The position numbers and the translations under genes are program-made. Shown one piece after another: positions 24,148 to 30,607 of a DNA stretch of 32,000 bases. Position 1 is the first letter of the stretch, and every line of letters starts with the position of its first letter. Source of the stretch: Candidatus Saccharimonadota bacterium (GTDB lineage: Bacteria > Patescibacteriota > Saccharimonadia > Saccharimonadales > Saccharimonadaceae); assembly GCA_016700015.1 (NCBI GenBank), contig CP064995.1:120001-152000 (forward strand). The letters are read 5' to 3'. The notes beneath the pieces were generated by a model. It saw only the letters and a list, made by a program, of their open reading frames with translations, had not been told where the DNA came from and made no database searches.

Positions 24148-26457
24148 ATGACGGGATACAAGGGGTATATCATTACACTAGTAGCATGCGTGGTCGTAGT
24201 AGCTGGTAGCGCGTCCACTGCTGTTCGCGCCGCCATAGGTCCGATGAACTTTACCTCAGTTGGCGTTCACCCCCAGGCAGCAGCACAACCAACATCTTTT
24301 GGCAAGCAAATCCATACACTCGGTGTTGACGGTACGAAAATGATCATGGGCTACGGAGATTGGGATACAAATACCGGACCAATGGCTATTAATCCGTTTG
24401 AGCTTTCGACGGAAACATTTGATGGCGTGGCGCTGTCAATTCCTGCGGAGTCTATAGACACAATCCGCACAATAAATGGAAAACTCTACATTCCGAGCGC
24501 CGATCCCCAAGGGGGTGATCCACTCGGCTACACCACCAATCAGTCGGGTTCTTGGACGTATCAAAACACTGGTATTACAGGTATTCATAGCTTTGATATC
24601 GTTTCTCGAGACGGGAGCGATTTATGGTTGCTGGGTTCCAAAGCTCATCCTACCTACGGTAATAGCTCAATAGCTACCGCTTGGCTTTCGACAGACAACG
24701 GCGTGACATGGAACGAAGCATATACCGACGATAGTGTTCCGGCGCAAAACAACCAGGCAGCCCGCTATTACTGGGGAGCAACAATGAATTCGCGTATATA
24801 TATGCAAGCTCGCGATGCAGCACCTCAGCCGCCCCTGCGTGTCTATGATGGAGTTTCATGGTCGAATGGAATTGCCGAGCCGGCGTGTCCCTACCAAGAC
24901 GCCGAAGGGACAGTGGTATTTGCTGGGAACATTGTCTGCATTGGCATGATGTACAACCAGCAATTGATTCGGTTTGATGGCACAAATAGCTACCCGATCA
25001 CTATTAAAAACAACGATACGGTTGTCGATATGTACGCAGCGAGCGACGGTTATCTCTACGTACTCAGTCTCAATAGCAATACGGCAGACACTAATATTTA
25101 TCGGTCGAATGACCTATCAAGTTGGCAGCAAGTAACATCGACAACAATCCCAACATCAAATCTGCCAAGATCACTCGCCGTCTATAATGATCGTCTCTAT
25201 CTGGGTATGTCCGACGGCCAACTCTTCAAGTCAGATCGTACTATTAGCCAGGCTCTCAACCAAATTGGTCAGCTAACCCCTGATGATAATTGTTTCAATG
25301 TGCAGAGCGGTTATATCCTTGCGTACTACCGGACGATTGGTGATATTATTGGAGCACCAGCCTGTCCAGGGGGTAACATAGTTATTCCGCAGGTGATAGC
25401 TTCTCAGACAATTATCGGGATTGGTGGAAATGCATTTGGCAGCCGTAACCTCACCTCGGTTACTATCCCACAAACAGTTACATCAATTGGTGGTTCGGCA
25501 TTTAGCGCGAATCAGCTAACGTCTATTTCGTTGCCGCCAGGATTGACCTACCTTGGCTTTGGTGCATTCAGCGACAACCTTCTTACAAGCGTTGATATTC
25601 CCCCCGGTATTTCCCAGGTCAATGGCTATACGTTTTATCATAATCATCTCACGTCAGTAACACTACATGAAGGTGTGACCCAAATTGACTTGAATGCGTT
25701 TGGCTACAACGCAATAACAGATGTGGTAATTCCCACTAGCGTTGTTGCTATCGACCCTACAGCGTTTGAGGCTCAATCATCAATGGCTAATTTGCAAGAT
25801 GAATTATATTCTAACGATGTTGCACGAACCGCTGACGCAATTAATTCAATATGGTATGTACAGCTGTACACTGCAGATCCCACTAATCCCAGGGGATTAG
25901 CTAGCGGGGCGACGTTTACGTACGAAGGCTATACTAACTATGACCAAAATAACGACGGAGATACAGTGGACTTTTTCCCATTCTCTGGCTTTATCATTAA
26001 CCCTGCCTATGCAACGACACAGTTTCAGACTCAAGAGTCAGTGAACCTACGAACTACTATAGTCGCGGTGGGGCCAGGGCGAACCGATTTTGTTTTTCAG
26101 CGCGGGCCAGCAGTTCCGATACCCGAAGACCCATCATTTCCTACTCCTGCTGAAGATCAGGCAGTTAGAGAAGCAATTGATGCCGGTTATTACAAAGCCG
26201 GTCAAACCTACGATTTTATTGCGCCAGATATTTCGGATTATCGCTTGCTTGGCACAAGCCCCGTGACGGCCGTGTTGGGTATAGGCAACAATAATCATAT
26301 TTTCTGCTACCAGCCTACGGGCCTTGCGTCAACAGGAAACCCAGTGGTGGGCTGGATAGTCTTGGGACTGACCGCAATACTGCTTGGGACGGTAATGGTA
26401 CTCAAATTGCCTCGACGTGCTAGCGGGTTTAAGCTAGGCGTTCGGACAAAAGTGTAG
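24148..26457 (+). CDS. Large secreted surface protein: Asp-box/beta-propeller-like region + BspA-type leucine-rich repeats + C-terminal membrane/sortase-like anchor
   Basis: A signal peptide (MTGYKGYIITLVACVVVVAGSASTAVRA/A) begins at ATG 24148. A canonical Asp-box, STDNGVTW, lies at 24688-24711, with a degenerate one (RSNDLSSW) further on. The LRR block reads IGGNAFGSRNLTSVTIPQTVTSIGGSAFSANQLTSISLPPGLTYLGFGAFSDNLLTSVDIPPGISQVNGYTFYHNHLTSVTL. The C-terminus is YQPTGLASTGN, then a TM helix, then KLPRRAS. The ORF-track start 23914 is rejected (see findings). Confidence 0.8.
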   Translation: MTGYKGYIITLVACVVVVAGSASTAVRAAIGPMNFTSVGVHPQAAAQPTSFGKQIHTLGVDGTKMIMGYGDWDTNTGPMAINPFELSTETFDGVALSIPAESIDTIRTINGKLYIPSADPQGGDPLGYTTNQSGSWTYQNTGITGIHSFDIVSRDGSDLWLLGSKAHPTYGNSSIATAWLSTDNGVTWNEAYTDDSVPAQNNQAARYYWGATMNSRIYMQARDAAPQPPLRVYDGVSWSNGIAEPACPYQDAEGTVVFAGNIVCIGMMYNQQLIRFDGTNSYPITIKNNDTVVDMYAASDGYLYVLSLNSNTADTNIYRSNDLSSWQQVTSTTIPTSNLPRSLAVYNDRLYLGMSDGQLFKSDRTISQALNQIGQLTPDDNCFNVQSGYILAYYRTIGDIIGAPACPGGNIVIPQVIASQTIIGIGGNAFGSRNLTSVTIPQTVTSIGGSAFSANQLTSISLPPGLTYLGFGAFSDNLLTSVDIPPGISQVNGYTFYHNHLTSVTLHEGVTQIDLNAFGYNAITDVVIPTSVVAIDPTAFEAQSSMANLQDELYSNDVARTADAINSIWYVQLYTADPTNPRGLASGATFTYEGYTNYDQNNDGDTVDFFPFSGFIINPAYATTQFQTQESVNLRTTIVAVGPGRTDFVFQRGPAVPIPEDPSFPTPAEDQAVREAIDAGYYKAGQTYDFIAPDISDYRLLGTSPVTAVLGIGNNNHIFCYQPTGLASTGNPVVGWIVLGLTAILLGTVMVLKLPRRASGFKLGVRTKV
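25375..25773 (+). repeat. Tandem BspA-type leucine-rich repeats (about 5-6 units of 22-24 aa)
   Basis: The periodicity is (I/V)P.xVTxIGxxAFxxNxLTSVx, read directly from the translation. Confidence 0.75.
26308..26454 (+). other. Non-canonical C-terminal anchor (YQPTG...TM...basic tail)
   Basis: YQPTGLASTGNPVVGWIVLGLTAILLGTVMVLKLPRRASGFKLGVRTKV compares with LPHTGSTGSG...TM...RK in the other surface protein. Confidence 0.5.
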
Positions 26458-26463
26458 TACAAT
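26458..26463 (+). promoter_or_regulatory. -10 box TACAAT, 7 nt upstream of ATG 26471
   Basis: The sequence tagTACAATaacagagATG has no SD and no T-box leader. Confidence 0.4.
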
Positions 26464-26470
26464 AACAGAG

Positions 26471-28405
26471 ATGAACGCTCAACAAATCCGTGATGCCTAT
26501 TTGAAATTTTATGCCGACCGTGGACACGAGATTGTACCACGTGCGCAGTTGGTATTAAGCGGCGACCCGACCACGCTATTTACCGGCAGTGGTATGCAGC
26601 CGATGATTCCCTATCTATTAGGCGAGTCTCATCCAAAAGGCGTGCGAATTACCGATAGCCAGACTTGCCTCCGCGCACAGGACATTGACGATATTGGCGA
26701 CAACCGTCACACTACATTTTTCGAAATGCTAGGCAACTGGAGCCTAGGTGATTATGGCAAAGTACAGCAGATTGAATGGATGTTTGAGTTTATTAGCACA
26801 ACCGTAAAACTCGATCTTACTAAATTATACTTTACGTGCTACATCGGCAACGACGAGTATGGTATTTCCAAAGATACGGAAGCAGCCGATACCTGGAAGC
26901 GCCTTTTAGAGCAGCAAGGTATAAAAGCCGAAGCAGCTGATATTGGTTCAGAAGCCAATGGCTATGCGCGTGGCATCAAAACGGGTGAGCGAATTTTCTA
27001 TTACGATGGTAGCAAGAACTGGTGGAGTCGTAATGGCAACGAAGCAAACACGCCAGTCGGAGATCCGTGTGGTCCCGACAGTGAGATGTTTTATGAATTC
27101 GATTTTGTCGAACACGACACCAGCTATGGTGAACATTGTCATCCAAACTGTGATTGTGGTCGGTTCATCGAAATTGGCAACAATGTGTTCATGGTATACA
27201 AAAAAATAGCCGAGGGTGAATTTGAGTTACTCGACAAACCAAATATTGACCATGGCTCTGGGCTTGAGCGCTTCGCGGCGGCTGCCCTTAATAACCCTGA
27301 CATGTTCCGTATAAGTGTAATCTGGCCTATTATTGAAAAGCTTCAAGTACTCAGCGGCAAAAATTACGAGTCACATACCGAAAGTATGCGGGTGATTGCC
27401 GATCACCTTCGCTCAGCAACGTTTTTGGCAGTTGACGGCTGTGTACCGAGTAACAAAGAGCAGGGCTACGTGATGCGTCGGCTACTGCGCCGGGCGATTC
27501 GTCATTCCTTTGACCTCGGCATCGAGCAAAATTTCTTGCAAGAAGTAGTACCAGTAATTGCCGACCTGTATCATAACGATTTTCCCGAGGTCGCCGAACG
27601 TCGTGACGAAGTGGTAGCGGTACTCGTAAAGGAAGAAAAGGTATTCCGACAAACACTTCGTAAAGGACTGAAGGAGCTCGAGCGTATGGCAGAGGCCAAC
27701 AAAACGTTTGAACATAATTCGCCTCACGAAACGCAGCCTATGGCAAAATGGATAGGCGGTGAGCAACTGTTTACACTCTACGATACCTATGGGTTTCCAG
27801 TTGAGCTTTCTGTTGAGGAAGCGTTTAAGCAGGGAATCTCGCTGCCCGAAGATTGGCGCCAGCAATTTGACGGCAAAATGCAAGAGCAGCGCCAGCGTAG
27901 TCAGACCGCACAGAAGGGCACGTTTAAGGGTGGGCTCGAAGGCCACGACGATATTCATTTGAAGTACCATACGGCGACTCATCTTATGTACAAAGCGCTG
28001 CGCACAGTACTTGGAGAACACGTGGTGCAACGCGGCAGCAATATTACGGCCGATCGACTACGCTTTGATTTTAGTCATGGTGAAAAAATGACGCCAGAGC
28101 AGATTGCCGAAGTTGAAACAATCGTCAACGACGCAATTGCGGCTGATTACCCGATGACCTGGAAAGAATACCCAACGAGCGAAGCGTTTGCGAAGGGCGC
28201 TCTTGGTGCGTTTGGCGACAAATACGGTGACACGGTAAAGGTATATCAGGCTGGCGAAGGCGATACCCCATTTAGTTTTGAAATTTGTGGTGGTCCGCAT
28301 GTCGAACATACCGGCCAGCTTGCTGAGGGTGGCAAAACCTTCAAAATCATCAAAGAAGAAGCCAGCTCAGCCGGCATCCGCCGCATAAAGGCGGTGTTGC
28401 GCTAA
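26471..28405 (+). CDS. alaS: Alanine--tRNA ligase, short form lacking the C-Ala/DHHA1 domain
   Basis: Catalytic-domain motifs are FYADRGHEIVP, RHTTFFEMLGNWSLGDY, CGPDSEMFYEF, FIEIGNNVFM and DHGSGLERF. Editing-domain motifs are HTATHLM and CGGPHV. The protein ends about 35 aa after CGGPHV (GIRRIKAVLR), giving 644 aa. Confidence 0.95.
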   Translation: MNAQQIRDAYLKFYADRGHEIVPRAQLVLSGDPTTLFTGSGMQPMIPYLLGESHPKGVRITDSQTCLRAQDIDDIGDNRHTTFFEMLGNWSLGDYGKVQQIEWMFEFISTTVKLDLTKLYFTCYIGNDEYGISKDTEAADTWKRLLEQQGIKAEAADIGSEANGYARGIKTGERIFYYDGSKNWWSRNGNEANTPVGDPCGPDSEMFYEFDFVEHDTSYGEHCHPNCDCGRFIEIGNNVFMVYKKIAEGEFELLDKPNIDHGSGLERFAAAALNNPDMFRISVIWPIIEKLQVLSGKNYESHTESMRVIADHLRSATFLAVDGCVPSNKEQGYVMRRLLRRAIRHSFDLGIEQNFLQEVVPVIADLYHNDFPEVAERRDEVVAVLVKEEKVFRQTLRKGLKELERMAEANKTFEHNSPHETQPMAKWIGGEQLFTLYDTYGFPVELSVEEAFKQGISLPEDWRQQFDGKMQEQRQRSQTAQKGTFKGGLEGHDDIHLKYHTATHLMYKALRTVLGEHVVQRGSNITADRLRFDFSHGEKMTPEQIAEVETIVNDAIAADYPMTWKEYPTSEAFAKGALGAFGDKYGDTVKVYQAGEGDTPFSFEICGGPHVEHTGQLAEGGKTFKIIKEEASSAGIRRIKAVLR

Positions 28406-28426
28406 AAGCGGATAATCAAAACAATA

Positions 28427-29257
28427 CTACACTACCTTTTGATTTGTCTCGAGGTATGGTTCGCGCTTTTCTTTGACCAGTTTATAGAGCATACTCATCA
28501 GCTCATGCACCACGAGCTCCAGGTTGTCTGGTTCAATGCGTTCATTAATGCCATCACCATGAATGCGGAGCTCTACGAATGGCTCGCCATATTCATCGTC
28601 GTTATACAAACACTCTAGGGTGCAAGGAACTTCATCGCGGGTAATGGCGCTTACCAAGCGTGCTTGTACAACCTCCTCGCCATTATCAATAATTCGGTAA
28701 ATCGAGAATTCCACTTGTGATGTGGTGGTACCGTTTAGGCGCACGTCCGTATAGTCGTAGCGCTTCAGGCGACGGACGGCACGCGACTGGGGCGCAAACA
28801 CAACACTGGCCGCATCGAACACATCACGGTCAGTTGGGTTGCCTTGTTGGCCAAGCATGTGTAGAAGGCGGGCAGCATCATCAGGAAGTTTGCTATTGCC
28901 GAAGCCGACGCCGGTAAGGATCGCAAGCGAATCCGCATTGCTAGCCGGATTACCGGTCGACACATCTTCCCAGCTCTCGCGGCTTTGTGTACGGCGATAG
29001 TATCTATCGTAGGTTTCTCCGTTGTTATGCGTCGTACCGATAAACCCAATAACACGATCTTCTTCGTAGCCGAGTGAGAACTGTAACGTAGGATCTGAGG
29101 GTTCATCACCGACAAACTTACCGATACTTACTTCCTCACCGTCTGGCTGAATTGGCTCAAGTAGCTCAAACGCATCATGGAGCATTGCCGCGTAGTCGCG
29201 GAGCAGGGTCTTATCGCGTTCAATCGATACTTGCTTTTCCATACGATGAGTTGACAT
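28427..29257 (-). CDS. Hypothetical acidic cytoplasmic protein (276 aa)
   Basis: This is a long ORF with no competing frame. I prefer the ATG at 29257 (MSTHRMEK) because the 12 codons upstream (ORF-track start 29293) translate two tandem TATAAT boxes. No family is recognised. Confidence 0.6.
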   Translation of the reverse strand: MSTHRMEKQVSIERDKTLLRDYAAMLHDAFELLEPIQPDGEEVSIGKFVGDEPSDPTLQFSLGYEEDRVIGFIGTTHNNGETYDRYYRRTQSRESWEDVSTGNPASNADSLAILTGVGFGNSKLPDDAARLLHMLGQQGNPTDRDVFDAASVVFAPQSRAVRRLKRYDYTDVRLNGTTTSQVEFSIYRIIDNGEEVVQARLVSAITRDEVPCTLECLYNDDEYGEPFVELRIHGDGINERIEPDNLELVVHELMSMLYKLVKEKREPYLETNQKVV

Positions 29258-29264
29258 AGCTTGT

Positions 29265-29270
29265 ATTATA
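29265..29270 (-). promoter_or_regulatory. Extended -10 box TGcTATAAT (minus strand), 7 nt upstream of ATG 29257
   Basis: The minus strand reads ttaTGCTATAATacaagctATG. A second copy of GTATTATA (+ strand) lies at 29277-29284. Confidence 0.45.
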
Positions 29271-29327
29271 GCATAAGTATTATAAAAATGCAATACCCAT
29301 CCAGTTTTACCATGAGCTGTTCTGTTG

Positions 29328-29333
29328 TATAAT
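29328..29333 (+). promoter_or_regulatory. -10 box TATAAT, 10 nt upstream of ATG 29344
   Basis: The sequence reads gttgTATAATgataggatctATG. The ORF-track start ATG 29332 lies inside this hexamer. Confidence 0.35.
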
Positions 29334-30606
29334 GATAGGATCTATGGTTTTTGATAAATTCTTCAAAAAGTCTCATACCACCGATCCTGATTATATTGTT
29401 GGGCTTGATATCGGTACAGAGTATGTCAAGGCGCTGATCGCCCGTGTACAGGGGGGGACGATTGAGATCAAAGGTGTGGGACGTGCTCACCAGGATTTAG
29501 CAGATATGCACATGGGTGCAATTGCCGACATTGCCGGTGTGGTGCGCAACTGCGAGGCGGCACTCAGTGAGGCTGAAGAGCAAGCTGGCGTACAAGGAAA
29601 GCGCTGCGTTATTGGTATTGCTGGAGAGTTGGTGAAAGGTGTTACAAACACTATTCGTTATCGTCGTCCTCAACCTGATCGTCCGCTTGATGAGGCTGAG
29701 ATGGAATTTATTATTGAGAAAGTTCAAGACCGCGCAGCAAGTAGGGCTCAGAAGCAGATTGCATTAGAAACAGGCAACGAAGACGTAGAAGTTAAGCTGG
29801 TTAATAGCGCACTAGTGAGCATACACATTGATGGCTATAAAGTCAGTAATCCAATTGGTTTTCAAGGCAAAGATATTGCAGTTCAGATCTACACCGCTTT
29901 TGCACCTATGGTTCATATTGGAGCACTAGAGCGTGTCGCTGACGAGCTCGCACTTGAACTGATTGCGGTCGCAGCTGAGCCATTTGCCGTCAGTCGTACC
30001 CTACTCGGTACCGATGCCAATAGTAATTTCACAGCGATTCTCGCCGATGTCGGTGGCGGAACAACCGATATTGCCGTCGTCAACGACGGCGGTGTTGAAG
30101 GTACAAAAATGTTTGGTATCGGGGGACGGAGCTTTACTAATACTATCGCAAGTGAGATGAACATTTCCTATCAGTCGGCCGAGAAGCTTAAAGTCAACAT
30201 TGATCATGATCAAGTAAAGCTAACAGTGAAAAAGGACGTTGAAGCAGCAGTTGATAAGACGCTCGAAGTGTGGCTCGCCGGCGTAGAATTAGCGCTTAGT
30301 GAATTTGATTCTGTCGACCACCTACCACCTCGAATACTACTCTGTGGTGGCGGTGCCAGCCTCACGCAGTTAGTGCAGGCACTTGAAAAGCGCGAATGGT
30401 ACAAGACGCTACCATTTACAAAACGACCAAGCGTAACGTACATTAAGCCTAGTGATGTTGTGGGTATTCATGATGCATCAGGTAAAGCCGACGATCACAC
30501 CTATATCACTGCTATGGGCCTGCTAAGAGTGGGCTATGATACAATGATAGGTACGAGTGATAGCGATACAATTCGCGATAAATTAAACAGAATGCTACGG
30601 ATATAA
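29332..30606 (+). CDS. ftsA: FtsA-family actin-like ATPase (cell-division FtsA-like; PilM-type not excluded)
   Basis: Phosphate-1 is VGLDIGTEYVKALIA and phosphate-2 is ADVGGGTTDIAVVNDGG. GGRSFTNTIASEMNISYQSAEKLK and the adenosine motif ILLCGGGASLTQL follow, in the same order as FtsA. The C-terminal IRDKLNRMLRI could be an amphipathic membrane-targeting helix. The true start may be ATG 29344. Confidence 0.75.
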   Translation: MIGSMVFDKFFKKSHTTDPDYIVGLDIGTEYVKALIARVQGGTIEIKGVGRAHQDLADMHMGAIADIAGVVRNCEAALSEAEEQAGVQGKRCVIGIAGELVKGVTNTIRYRRPQPDRPLDEAEMEFIIEKVQDRAASRAQKQIALETGNEDVEVKLVNSALVSIHIDGYKVSNPIGFQGKDIAVQIYTAFAPMVHIGALERVADELALELIAVAAEPFAVSRTLLGTDANSNFTAILADVGGGTTDIAVVNDGGVEGTKMFGIGGRSFTNTIASEMNISYQSAEKLKVNIDHDQVKLTVKKDVEAAVDKTLEVWLAGVELALSEFDSVDHLPPRILLCGGGASLTQLVQALEKREWYKTLPFTKRPSVTYIKPSDVVGIHDASGKADDHTYITAMGLLRVGYDTMIGTSDSDTIRDKLNRMLRI

Positions 30607-30607
30607 C

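Noticed and set aside
23862-24236. A 124-aa minus-strand ORF spanning the long intergenic gap.
   Set aside because: It overlaps the 5' end and promoter of the LRR gene on the opposite strand. It has no start context, and its low-complexity composition looks like an antisense artefact.
27482-28030. A 182-aa antisense ORF inside alaS. The same applies to 22133-22525 inside the DUF218 gene.
   Set aside because: These are nested antisense to confidently identified genes and have no independent support.
29451-29457. G7 homopolymer tracts as possible phase-variation switches. This one lies in the ftsA-like gene; others are at 31130-31136 and 3748-3754.
   Set aside because: Each simply encodes Gly-Gly (GGG GGG) in a structurally sensible position, in-frame and intact. 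No length polymorphism data exist, and the genes involved are not typical contingency loci.
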